DNA from: Patescibacteria group bacterium
Lineage (GTDB): Bacteria > Patescibacteriota > Patescibacteriia > Buchananbacterales > UBA6539
Direction: 5' to 3'
Assembly (NCBI GenBank): GCA_034003985.1
Contig: JAVEXP010000002.1
Location: 144,789-208,788, forward strand
DNA: 64,000 bases
Shown: in pieces, positions 36,419 through 45,683 of the stretch
How positions within the stretch are numbered: position 1 is the first letter of the stretch
How the letters are laid out: each line of letters begins with the position of its first letter
Position numbers and translations under genes: made by a program
Notes under the pieces: model-generated
Told to the model about the DNA's origin: nothing
Database searches by the model: none
Seen by the model: the letters and a program-made list of their open reading frames with translations, nothing else

Positions 36419-37039
36419 CTACAAATTATTTTTAAGATTTCTCAGCTGAGTGTTGGAGATTAGAATAAAATGTTCCGGCGCTTGGCCTGGATCGACATTA
36501 ATTTCCAGAAATATTCTGACCAGTCTGATTTGGTTTACTTCGGCTGGGGTTGGTAGGGGGTTATTCTGGGTGTCGGTTGGGTAGTTGGCATTGTAGTAGT
36601 AGAAAATTGGCGTTGAGCCGTTACGAACATATTCGGAAATAATATTAATGTCTTCAATTCCGTCGTAGACCGGTGGAAAGCCGGATGCTTCGGTAATACC
36701 TCGTTTTAGTTCGCTGCCTTCCAAAAAGTATCTTACTTTTTCAACCGATTCGTCAGCATCAATATCGCTGTAAAATGTCAAGCTTTGGTTCTGGGCGCTG
36801 GCAACGGCATAGCTGCCATTTTCCGATGGCGAAGCCTCTCGCAGCTCTTTAACAATAATATCCATGCCTTTGCGGGCGTTGTTGATTGCTTCGCTTTGTT
36901 CCAGGGCGAAGCGGTTGACTTTAAAATTCTGAACGACAAAACTGGTGGTGAATGTTGTAACCAACAGAAAAATGAAAATTGCAATCAGCATTTCGGTGAT
37001 GGTAAATCCATTTGGTCGTGGTTTTTGTTTAATCTCCAT
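36419..37039 (-). CDS. type IV pilin / pseudopilin (class III prepilin signal)
   Basis: 206 aa. 'KPRPNGFTITEMLIAIFIFLLV' contains the G|FT(I)TE prepilin peptidase cleavage/methylation motif. Confidence 0.85.
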   Translation of the reverse strand: MEIKQKPRPNGFTITEMLIAIFIFLLVTTFTTSFVVQNFKVNRFALEQSEAINNARKGMDIIVKELREASPSENGSYAVASAQNQSLTFYSDIDADESVEKVRYFLEGSELKRGITEASGFPPVYDGIEDINIISEYVRNGSTPIFYYYNANYPTDTQNNPLPTPAEVNQIRLVRIFLEINVDPGQAPEHFILISNTQLRNLKNNL

Positions 37040-37040
37040 G

Positions 37041-40000
37041 TTATTCCAAATTGATGATTATGCTTTTATTGTCTCCCGGGTCAAGCTCAATCGGTAATGG
37101 AGGTTCGGTTCCGACAATGTCAAAACCAGAACCAGTCGGCAACTCAATTGTATAAGTATCCCACTCCAAACTATTTAAAATAAGTTGACCGCTGGCATTG
37201 GTTGAATGATTCTCTTGATATTTGAATATCTCTGGATTTTTACCGATTCTCTTTTCACCGGTGATAATTAGTGGCACATTGGCCGTGTTGGTGTAGGCAT
37301 CGGGGTCTCCTGGATATTCGGCGGCCATAATGTCATAATCGCCGTTTTGGTTGTCTTGCCACGATATGACCAAATTTCCGACATTATTTATCAATAAATC
37401 GGGATTTTTTTGGTCGCCGGTGGTTATGGAATTGACCCGGATGTCCTTGGACCAAAGGATACTGCCCTCAGGGCTTATTTTTTGAGCATAGATATCGTTG
37501 TCGCCGTTTCGACCATCTTGCCAGACGATATAAATATTGCCGGTTTCATCGGTATTGGCCTTGGGGTTTTCTTGGACAGATCCCGACTGATTGCTTACAG
37601 TTGCGTCATTGGACCAAAGGATACTGCCCTCAGGGCTTATTTTTTGAGCATAGATATCGTTGTCGCCGTTTCGACCATCTTGCCAGACGATAATTGCTTG
37701 ATTGTTGTTATCAGCCGTTACAGATGGGTTATTCTGATCGGCAATTCCTAAGGTGTTAACCCGAATGTCATTAGGCCAAAGGATATTGCCGTTAGCATCA
37801 ACCTTTTGAATAAAAATATCGTAATTGTCAATTTGATAGTCTTCCCAAACGATATAAACATTTTCTTGATCGTCAACAGCCAGGTCAACCGATTGGGAGT
37901 AGCCCCCGCCGCTGGTGGTGTAGGAAAAACCGATGTTGATTTGATCCAGTTCTATTTGTTGAGTGCCGTTGCTTGCCAGGAAGGCTTTAAACATTATTTT
38001 TCCTCTGGTGGTAGGGAAGTGGTCAATATTGTCATTGATTGTTTCAGCCGGGTTATAGTCATTCGCTCCCGCGATCGCCCAATTGGCGCCGTTCCAGTAT
38101 CGCCAGCTGGTTCCGTTGTCATCGGAAAGTTGGTAGTAAATTTCCCCGCCGTTCTTGGTTGCCATTTCGGTGAATGAATCCCAACTTAATAAATTGTTAA
38201 TGGTTAGCGACTCAATTGAGTAAATGTTTGGTTGATCAGTGGGATAGCCCTCGCTTGAATCAGTCCACTCGCAGCCGCTTTGTTGCAGACAGCTAGTTTG
38301 ATTGTCAAAATTTTGACAATCGTTGGCTGCGCCACTACATGGTCCTTGATCATCCCAGTTGCAACCGCTTTGTTGGCAGCTTAGTTGGCTATCAAGATTT
38401 GGACAACTGCAACTGCCGCTGCAGCTGCCGCTACCCGAACCCCAGTTGCAATCGGCATCAACGCAGATTGGTTCATTATTAATATTACCGCAGTTGCATC
38501 CCGGGTTGCCATAACAGAAAAACCAAAACCAGGAACAGCCGGGAGTTGATTGACAACTGGTACGGTTACCGATTGAACCGCAGGAACAGCTGGTACCATA
38601 GCAGGAAGGTGGACTTGATTGCCAACTGCAGTTGTCTGAATAGTTACATTGATTCTCTTCGGAAATTTTTGAACAGTCGCAAGTCGTTCCTTCGCACGGG
38701 CCGGAATCATCCCAGGCGCAGCCATTCTGATTTAGACAATCTTGGCCCGTCAGGAAGCTGTCGCAGCTGTTGGCAGTACCGCCGCAGGTTTTAATTGGTA
38801 CCAATTTAGCGACGCTGTTGGTAACTTCAATTTTGGTGCTGCTATCGCAGGGGCCGTTATCGCAGACATAGTTTAAACCATTATCGAAATTCCAGCTGTA
38901 GCTATCGGCGGCTTGGTACATTGAGGAAGAATTTAAATTAACCTTTATTTCGTTGAGCCAAACCGGATTGCCGGCGCTGTCAATTTTTTGCAGGTATATG
39001 TCTGATCGGCCACTACCGGCGCGTTCGTCTTTCCAGGCGATATAAACTGCCGGAGCAGTACTGGAAGCGTTAAAAACAATTTTTGGGTGTTGTTGATTGG
39101 CGTAGGTGCCGTCGGTATTGACCATTAAATCGTTACCCCAAAGATTTTGTCCCGAATGGTTGTATTTGCCAACAAAAATATCTTGGTTGCCGTTGCGATC
39201 ATCATGCCAAACATAGTATATATTTTCCTGATCTAAAGTTATATCCGGCGCTCCTTGATTGTGGTTGGTCGTTATTTCTTTGTCGCTAACCCATTGGTTG
39301 GTTTGCTGATTGTAATTTTGACCGTAAATTCTGGCCGCAAAATTTCTGAAGTCTTGCCAGACAAAATAGTAATTGCCGTCTGGCCCAAGCTCTGAAGCGG
39401 GGGAAAACTGATCGGCGCTACCGCCATCAGTGTTAATTAGCCATTCCGTTGGGATTGTCTGGGAGACGGTGTTAATCGTAAGTGTTGTTAGGATGTCAAT
39501 CACAAAGCTGGTTTCAACCAGTTCGCCTTCAATTACCGACACATTTGGTTTTTGGGGATCAGGATTGCCTTCACTATCGCTACAACTTAAGCCCCCCGGA
39601 TCAATGGCGCAAGTGTAATCGCTGCTATAGCCGTCTTTGGTGATAGTAATCTGATAAGAGCTATTGGCGGCCGGAACACTGGAATAATAATAGCCCTGAT
39701 CGTTAGTTTGGTGGGAAGAGTCGTTAATCGGCGGAATAATTTGATTATTGACAATGTGGATTTGGGCATTCGGTACCGGTTCGCCTTGGGCATTGAAGAC
39801 ATTAATCCATAATACCCCTGACCCTTCATCTGACTCGATGCCCTTGGGAGCAATAGTGGTAACCGTTACCAATTCTTTCCGACCGAAATGTCCCAGCCAG
39901 CTTACCGCAATCCTTATTTTTTTATAATCATTTCCCAACTCATCGGTTCCTAAAGCCACCGTACCGTCAAAAGGATCATCATGATAATCAATGCTGACTT

Positions 40001-40286
40001 TAACCGAATATTCAATATTGTTGAGGGTTACGGTATCTTCCTGGGGGATTGGTCCGGGAATAATACCACCTTGCGTGCCGACTTTATTATATGGCAGATT
40101 GTGAATCATTTCGCCGATTTCATTGCCAATGGTGATTGCTCCGACCTTCGCTTTAGTTTCGGATATTACTTTGAGGCTAAACTCAAACATACTGATCACG
40201 CCCAACGAAGCGACTGCCATAATAAAAACAGCCACGATCAATTCAACTAAGGTAAAACCTTTTTGGTCAGTTTGGTGGTTTATCAT
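37041..40286 (-). CDS. giant prepilin-like adhesin: prepilin N-terminus + CarbopepD-like region + ~7 propeller-blade repeats + Cys-rich repeat module (PilY1-like function)
   Basis: 1081 aa. N-terminal 'QKGFTLVELIVAVFIMAV' prepilin motif. Repeats of the form 'Y(I/Y)VWxDxRNGxxDI(Y/F)xQK(I/V)xxxGxxLW' occur at least 7 times. The Cys-rich segment has repeated 'C..GC.W' units. An exact 84-bp internal duplication is present. Confidence 0.75.
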   Translation of the reverse strand: MINHQTDQKGFTLVELIVAVFIMAVASLGVISMFEFSLKVISETKAKVGAITIGNEIGEMIHNLPYNKVGTQGGIIPGPIPQEDTVTLNNIEYSVKVSIDYHDDPFDGTVALGTDELGNDYKKIRIAVSWLGHFGRKELVTVTTIAPKGIESDEGSGVLWINVFNAQGEPVPNAQIHIVNNQIIPPINDSSHQTNDQGYYYSSVPAANSSYQITITKDGYSSDYTCAIDPGGLSCSDSEGNPDPQKPNVSVIEGELVETSFVIDILTTLTINTVSQTIPTEWLINTDGGSADQFSPASELGPDGNYYFVWQDFRNFAARIYGQNYNQQTNQWVSDKEITTNHNQGAPDITLDQENIYYVWHDDRNGNQDIFVGKYNHSGQNLWGNDLMVNTDGTYANQQHPKIVFNASSTAPAVYIAWKDERAGSGRSDIYLQKIDSAGNPVWLNEIKVNLNSSSMYQAADSYSWNFDNGLNYVCDNGPCDSSTKIEVTNSVAKLVPIKTCGGTANSCDSFLTGQDCLNQNGCAWDDSGPCEGTTCDCSKISEENQCNYSDNCSWQSSPPSCYGTSCSCGSIGNRTSCQSTPGCSWFWFFCYGNPGCNCGNINNEPICVDADCNWGSGSGSCSGSCSCPNLDSQLSCQQSGCNWDDQGPCSGAANDCQNFDNQTSCLQQSGCEWTDSSEGYPTDQPNIYSIESLTINNLLSWDSFTEMATKNGGEIYYQLSDDNGTSWRYWNGANWAIAGANDYNPAETINDNIDHFPTTRGKIMFKAFLASNGTQQIELDQINIGFSYTTSGGGYSQSVDLAVDDQENVYIVWEDYQIDNYDIFIQKVDANGNILWPNDIRVNTLGIADQNNPSVTADNNNQAIIVWQDGRNGDNDIYAQKISPEGSILWSNDATVSNQSGSVQENPKANTDETGNIYIVWQDGRNGDNDIYAQKISPEGSILWSKDIRVNSITTGDQKNPDLLINNVGNLVISWQDNQNGDYDIMAAEYPGDPDAYTNTANVPLIITGEKRIGKNPEIFKYQENHSTNASGQLILNSLEWDTYTIELPTGSGFDIVGTEPPLPIELDPGDNKSIIINLE
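37447..37692. repeat. exact 84-bp in-frame tandem duplication (copies 37447..37530 and 37609..37692) inside the giant pilin gene
   Basis: Identical 84-mers 162 bp apart, read directly. They encode two 'DGRNGDNDIYAQKISPEGSILWS' blades. Confidence 0.85.
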
Positions 40287-41374
40287 TAAATTGATTGGCT
40301 TAAGCTGTACATTGGCATTATGACCGCGACTGCCATTCCGGCAACGGCAATGCCTAAAACTACCATCAATACCGGTTCGATAATCGATGGTAAATTTTCC
40401 ATCGTTTGAGATACTTCTTCCTCATAAAAATTTGCCGAATCTTCCAAGATTTCGTCTAATGCCCCAGTGTCTTCTCCGACCGCTATCATCTGCAGTACCA
40501 CTGGCGGAAAAATTTTGCTGTAGGAATCAAGAGATTGCCTGATACTGACGCCTTTCTTAATTTTTTCTTTAGCGTCGATTAAAGCCAGGCGATAAATAGT
40601 GTTTCCTAAAACATTGGCAGTTATTTCGAATGATTTCACGATCGGAATGTCGGTTCGTAACAGGGAACTAATGGTTCGGCAGAATCTGGCCAGATTTATT
40701 TTTTTGATTATTGGACTGACAATCGGTAGTTTTAATAGAAATTGATGAAATTTTTGTTTGCCTTTTGGGGTGTTGATTATTTTAACAAACCCGGCAATGA
40801 TTATTACCGCTCCAATCGCCAGAAAAATTCCGTATTTCAGGGCAAAATCACTCAACCAAATTAGAATTCTCGTGGCCAATGGTAGATCAACTTCCAGTTC
40901 TTTAAATACCCCGGAAATTGCCGGAATAACATAGATTACCACCAAAATGCCGATTGCCACCATCATGGTAATGACTATGATTGGATAAATCATTGCTCCT
41001 TTGACCTTGGCCACCAGTTCGTGGTCTTTTTTCATTTGTAAAAATAACTGATGTAGTACATCTTCCAATTTACCGGAAGCTTCCCCGGCTCTGATCATAT
41101 TGATGAATAAATCGCCGAATATTTTATGGTATTTTTCCAAACCCTTTGATAATAAGTTACCTTTTTCGACGCTTTGTTGAAGATCAAATAAAATTTCCCG
41201 AAAACCTTTGTTGGTTGTTTGCTCCGAGAGGGTTTTTAAGGCCATCGACAAAGAGATACCGGCTTTGAGCATTACCGACAATTGTTGGACGAAAAATATT
41301 TTTTGGGACAGTTTTATGGACCTGGTTTTGGTCAGGATGTTCCCAAACTTTTGAAGATATTGGTTGAAGTTCAT
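40286..41374 (-). CDS. pilC: type IV pilus inner-membrane platform protein PilC (GspF family)
   Basis: 362 aa. Two T2SSF-like repeats, each with the conserved 'GE.sG.L' pattern ('AGEASGKLEDVL', 'VGEDTGALDEIL'), and three TM segments. Confidence 0.85.
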   Translation of the reverse strand: MNFNQYLQKFGNILTKTRSIKLSQKIFFVQQLSVMLKAGISLSMALKTLSEQTTNKGFREILFDLQQSVEKGNLLSKGLEKYHKIFGDLFINMIRAGEASGKLEDVLHQLFLQMKKDHELVAKVKGAMIYPIIVITMMVAIGILVVIYVIPAISGVFKELEVDLPLATRILIWLSDFALKYGIFLAIGAVIIIAGFVKIINTPKGKQKFHQFLLKLPIVSPIIKKINLARFCRTISSLLRTDIPIVKSFEITANVLGNTIYRLALIDAKEKIKKGVSIRQSLDSYSKIFPPVVLQMIAVGEDTGALDEILEDSANFYEEEVSQTMENLPSIIEPVLMVVLGIAVAGMAVAVIMPMYSLSQSI

Positions 41375-41383
41375 TTTTATTTT

Positions 41384-43108
41384 TTAATCTTTGCTTACCC
41401 GTAAAACTTCTTCAATGGTGGTAATTCCATTTTTGGCTTTGATAAAACCATCTTCAATAATGGTGATCATTCCGGCTTTACGAGCCTCGGTCATAATATT
41501 TTCCGCCGGCGCTGATTTGAGGATTAATTCGTTAATTGCCGGAGTTACTTCCAAAACTTCGTACAGCCCGACTCGGCCCTTGTATCCGGTTTTATCACAT
41601 TTTTTGCAGCCTTTACCGCGATAGAACAGCAAAGATTCTTTGCTTTGTTTTTTGGTGATTAGGCCTTCTCGTTCAAGAATACTGAGAATTGAATCCAGAT
41701 TAATTTGTTTTTCTAATTTGGCGATTTCGTTTTTGTCCAAAGTGTAACTTTCGATACATTCTTGGCATATTTTTCTGACTAGTCTTTGGGCGATGATAAC
41801 ATTGGTAGTTGACCCGATCAAAAACGATGGAATGCCCATTTCGCTCAGTCGAGGCAGGGTAGTTGGCGCGTCGTTGGTGTGCAATGTGGACAATACCAGA
41901 TGTCCGGTCAAAGCGGCATTGACCGCAATTTCCGCCGTTTCTTTGTCACGGATTTCACCAACCATAATAATATTGGGATCCTGCCTTAAAAAAGATCTTA
42001 AACCGGCGGCAAAAGTGTAGCCGATTTTAGGGTTGATCTGGCTTTGATTGATTCCCGGCATCCGATATTCAATCGGATCTTCAATAGTAGTAATGTTTAC
42101 TTCCGGTTTATTGAGGATGTTTAGAATGGAATACAGGGTTGTTGTTTTTCCCGAACCAGTGGGTCCGGTGACTAAAATCATGCCATGGGGTTTGGTAATA
42201 TTTTTTTTGATCTTTTCCAGCGGCTGCTTGTTAAATCCTAGCTGTTCCAAACTGATGGCGCCAGTTTGTTCATTAAGGGCGCGCAAGACTATTTTTTCTC
42301 CATCATATGTCGGAATAATTGAAACCCGGAAAGAAACTTTATATTCGTTGGTTTGGATTTTAAAACGGCTGTCTTGGGGTAGACGATGTTCGTCAAGTTT
42401 AAGATTGGACAAGATTTTAATTCTGGCGACAATCCCGGCATGAACCGATTTTGGCAAAGTCATTACATTTCTTAGAATGCCGTCAATTCGGTATCTGACC
42501 AGCACTTCTTTTTCGGTTGGTTCAATATGAATATCAGATGCATTCTCAAAAATGGCATACTCCAAGAGAGTATCCACAATCCTGATGACTGGCAAATCAT
42601 GAGCCAATTCTTTCAAATTGCCGCCTTCTTCAGTTTCGGTCTCTTGATCTTTGGTTAAATCCTTAAATTCGGCTTTTAAGCCTTTGTGGTAGAGCTTTAG
42701 ACTCTCATTTATCCCTTCCGGGGTGGTAATGTAGACTTGGACATCAGCCCCGGTTTTTTTGGCCAGAAATTCAAAGATTTGTAAGTTATTGGGATCAAGG
42801 GTGGCGATTTTTAGCTGATCGTCGTTTCGGTCAAAGGCGATAATGCGGTGAGTGGCCGCAATCGGCTCGGGAATTAAAAAAAGAATATCTTTTCTGATAG
42901 TCTCATTTTTCAGATCAATAAACGGCAAATCAAAATATTTGGCTGCGTTTTGATATAGCTGTTCTTGGCTGAGGATCTTTTGGCTGGCCAGATATTCTTC
43001 CAGGGTTTGGTTTCGTTTTTTAGCTTCTTCAAGATAAAGCTGGAGTTCATTCTTGGCAATGGTTTTGGTCTCCAATAAAATTTGTTTTAGTTTTTCTTCT
43101 TTAAACAT
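41384..43108 (-). CDS. pilB: type IV pilus assembly ATPase PilB (GspE family)
   Basis: 574 aa. Walker A 'LVTGPTGSGKTTTLYS'; Asp box / Walker B 'IIMVGEIRD'; His box 'GHLVLSTLHTNDA'; C-terminal tetracysteine 'CQEC...CKKCDKTGYKGR'. Confidence 0.9.
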   Translation of the reverse strand: MFKEEKLKQILLETKTIAKNELQLYLEEAKKRNQTLEEYLASQKILSQEQLYQNAAKYFDLPFIDLKNETIRKDILFLIPEPIAATHRIIAFDRNDDQLKIATLDPNNLQIFEFLAKKTGADVQVYITTPEGINESLKLYHKGLKAEFKDLTKDQETETEEGGNLKELAHDLPVIRIVDTLLEYAIFENASDIHIEPTEKEVLVRYRIDGILRNVMTLPKSVHAGIVARIKILSNLKLDEHRLPQDSRFKIQTNEYKVSFRVSIIPTYDGEKIVLRALNEQTGAISLEQLGFNKQPLEKIKKNITKPHGMILVTGPTGSGKTTTLYSILNILNKPEVNITTIEDPIEYRMPGINQSQINPKIGYTFAAGLRSFLRQDPNIIMVGEIRDKETAEIAVNAALTGHLVLSTLHTNDAPTTLPRLSEMGIPSFLIGSTTNVIIAQRLVRKICQECIESYTLDKNEIAKLEKQINLDSILSILEREGLITKKQSKESLLFYRGKGCKKCDKTGYKGRVGLYEVLEVTPAINELILKSAPAENIMTEARKAGMITIIEDGFIKAKNGITTIEEVLRVSKD

Positions 43109-43241
43109 TTTCTAGACCCCCTTTTATTTTCTTAGTTTGTGATTTTATTATACCATAAAATCAATTTTTTTAGGAAATATGTCTGGTGGTGGACAAAATT
43201 GCTGATAATTATTATTATTAGATTAGTCTTAAATTAATCTT

Positions 43242-43616
43242 ATGGCCTTTTTTAATCAGGAAGAAAGCCCTTTTTCTTCTTATTTTACGGACAATTTCAT
43301 CAGGGTCAACCTGTTTTTTTCGCTAGTCACCAATATCTTTTTGTGGCTTTTTTTATCTTGGTACTCCCGAAAGTTCACTAGCGACATTATCCCGCTTCAT
43401 TATAATATTTATTTTGGGATTGATTTTTTTGATAAGTGGTACAAAATTTTTTATTTGCCTTTGAGTGGGTCTTTAATTCTGGCATTCAACGGACTGTCCA
43501 GCGTTATGATTTTCAGGATCGAAAAAATTTTGAGCTATTTTTTGATAGGATTTAGTTCCTTTATCCAGCTGATTTTGATAATCTCGGTCAGTTTTATTTT
43601 ATTCATTAATCTCTAA
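43242..43616 (+). CDS. hypothetical small multi-TM membrane protein upstream of mraY
   Basis: 124 aa, hydrophobic; no motif recognised. Confidence 0.3.
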   Translation: MAFFNQEESPFSSYFTDNFIRVNLFFSLVTNIFLWLFLSWYSRKFTSDIIPLHYNIYFGIDFFDKWYKIFYLPLSGSLILAFNGLSSVMIFRIEKILSYFLIGFSSFIQLILIISVSFILFINL

Positions 43617-43622
43617 ACAATA

Positions 43623-44660
43623 GTGAATTTTTATATTGTCAAAATATTTTTATTGACTACGGTTTCTTTTTTGTTGACTCTGGCCTGGACTCCTTTTCTG
43701 ACTCATTTTTTGTACCGTTACCGTTTGGGCAAAGGGATTAGGGATGCCAAAGCCGCTCCGGTTTTTGCTTCAATGCACCAGAATAAAGCCGGTACCCCAA
43801 CTATGGGAGGTATCTTGATTTGGGGTACAACTTTATTTTTGATCATTTGTCTGGCAATTTTTTCCAAATTTTTTGGCGGAATTTTTACTCGCTTGAATTT
43901 TTTATCTCGCGCTGAAACTTTGTTGCCTTTGGGAGCCTTAATCGCTTCGGCCATTGTCGGTTTGGCCGATGACTTGGTTGATATCTGGCGCATGGGCAAA
44001 GACGGCGGTGGTCTGCGGATGCGCCACCGGTTTATGATTTACGGTTTAATTGCTTTGGTTGGCGCTTGGTGGTTTTATTTCAAGCTGGAATGGACAACTT
44101 TATATATTCCGTTTTTGGGTTATGCCGATATCGGTTGGTGGTATATCCCGTTTTTTATTTTTGTGATCATCGCCACCGCCCATTCCGTCAATTTAACTGA
44201 CGGTCTTGACGGTTTGGCGGGTGGAACTTTATTAGTGGCTTTTGGGGCTTACGGAGCTATTGCCGTGGCTCAGGGCCGTTATGATTTAGCGACTTTTTGC
44301 GGCGTAATTATTGGAGCCTTGCTGGCATTTTTGTGGTTTAATATTAACCCCGCCAGGTTTTTTATGGGCGATACCGGTTCAATGTCTTTGGGCGTAACTT
44401 TGGGTATTATCGCCATGCTTACCAATGCTGCGTTGTTTTTGCCGATTATTGGTTTTATTTTTGTAGTTGAGACCTTGTCGGTATTAATCCAAATGGTTTC
44501 CAAAAAGTTTTTGGGTCGTAAATTTTTTATTTCTTCGCCGCTTCATCATCATCTTGAGGCCAGCGGCTGGTCGGAACCAAAAATTGTTATGCGGTTTTGG
44601 GTAGTCGCCGGGGTGACGGCGATCATGGGTTTGATCATGTTTTTAATCTCTAATAGTTAA
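43623..44660 (+). CDS. mraY: phospho-N-acetylmuramoyl-pentapeptide transferase
   Basis: 345 aa. 'KAGTPTMGG' and 'NLTDGLDGLAGG' are MraY signatures; 10 TM helices. Confidence 0.9.
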   Translation: MNFYIVKIFLLTTVSFLLTLAWTPFLTHFLYRYRLGKGIRDAKAAPVFASMHQNKAGTPTMGGILIWGTTLFLIICLAIFSKFFGGIFTRLNFLSRAETLLPLGALIASAIVGLADDLVDIWRMGKDGGGLRMRHRFMIYGLIALVGAWWFYFKLEWTTLYIPFLGYADIGWWYIPFFIFVIIATAHSVNLTDGLDGLAGGTLLVAFGAYGAIAVAQGRYDLATFCGVIIGALLAFLWFNINPARFFMGDTGSMSLGVTLGIIAMLTNAALFLPIIGFIFVVETLSVLIQMVSKKFLGRKFFISSPLHHHLEASGWSEPKIVMRFWVVAGVTAIMGLIMFLISNS

Positions 44661-44670
44661 ATTTTTAAAG

Positions 44671-45681
44671 ATGAAAATAAAGATTAATGAATTGCAAGAT
44701 CTTTGTTATTCCGCTTTGACCAATGTTGGCGTAAAAAAATCTGATGCTAAAATTATTGCCGATGATTATATTGAGGGTAGTCTATTGGGTAATAAAACCC
44801 ATGGCCTGCTAACTTTTCCCCATGCAATTGAAAAGGCCAAAAAGACAAAAAATAAAAAATTCAAGATTGAAAAGAAAAGCCAATCGTACGCTTTGATTAA
44901 TGCTAATACCCAGCTTGGTCAATTGGTTGCTCCTGCAGCGATAGATTTAGTTTCCAATATGGCAAAGAAATATGGTATTGCCATGGTTGGCGTTTATAAT
45001 TCATTGCCTTTTCTTCGGCCGGGAAGTCAGGCCGAAAAGATAGCGGCCAATGATTTATTGGGTTTGGTGCTGATTAATGGTGGCGGTCCGCTGGTTGCTG
45101 CCCCTGATAGTATAGATAAGATTATAAGTACTAATCCGATTGGCTTTGCCATCCCTACCACCAAAGAACCAATCGTCTGCGATATGGCGATTTCCAAAAA
45201 AGCTTATGGGGAAGTGCGATTGGCTAAATTATTGAGTACCAAGCTCCCAGCGGATTCATTCATTGATGAAAATGGTAAAATAACTACCAATCCCGACGAT
45301 GTTTTTGCCGCCTTACCTTTTGGTGATTACAAAGGATTTAACTTAGGTATTTTATTTGAGATTCTAACTGGGTCATTGGTCAATTTTGGCATTGGCTACC
45401 AGAAAAAGCCAACTGAAAAGACAAATAAAAAATACAAAAAGACTTTTAGGGGCGCTTTGTTTATTGCTATTAACCCGAAAGCTTTTACTTCCTTGACTAA
45501 TTTTAAGAAGAAAAATAGTCAATTTGTTAAAGAAATTAATTCTTTGAAAAAGCGTAAGGGTGTTAAAGATATTTTGGTTCCTGGCCAACGATCTCATCGT
45601 CACAAACAGCAGGCATTAAAACGGGGTTGGCTAGAACTTGACGAAGAGATTATTGACCAAATTAGAAAATTGACAAGTTAG
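44671..45681 (+). CDS. Ldh_2 family (malate/L-lactate/ureidoglycolate/sulfolactate) dehydrogenase
   Basis: 336 aa. The N-terminus 'VGVKKSDAKIIADDYIEGSLLGNKTHGL' resembles the Ldh_2 family 'G......A......E.G..sHG' region. Confidence 0.6.
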   Translation: MKIKINELQDLCYSALTNVGVKKSDAKIIADDYIEGSLLGNKTHGLLTFPHAIEKAKKTKNKKFKIEKKSQSYALINANTQLGQLVAPAAIDLVSNMAKKYGIAMVGVYNSLPFLRPGSQAEKIAANDLLGLVLINGGGPLVAAPDSIDKIISTNPIGFAIPTTKEPIVCDMAISKKAYGEVRLAKLLSTKLPADSFIDENGKITTNPDDVFAALPFGDYKGFNLGILFEILTGSLVNFGIGYQKKPTEKTNKKYKKTFRGALFIAINPKAFTSLTNFKKKNSQFVKEINSLKKRKGVKDILVPGQRSHRHKQQALKRGWLELDEEIIDQIRKLTS

Positions 45682-45683
45682 TA

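Noticed and set aside
37410-38177. Two plus-strand ORFs (113 and 123 aa) and the minus-strand ORF 38381..38725 inside the giant pilin gene
   Set aside because: These are antisense or alternate-frame shadows in a long, repeat-containing, compositionally biased gene. They have no independent start context or motifs.
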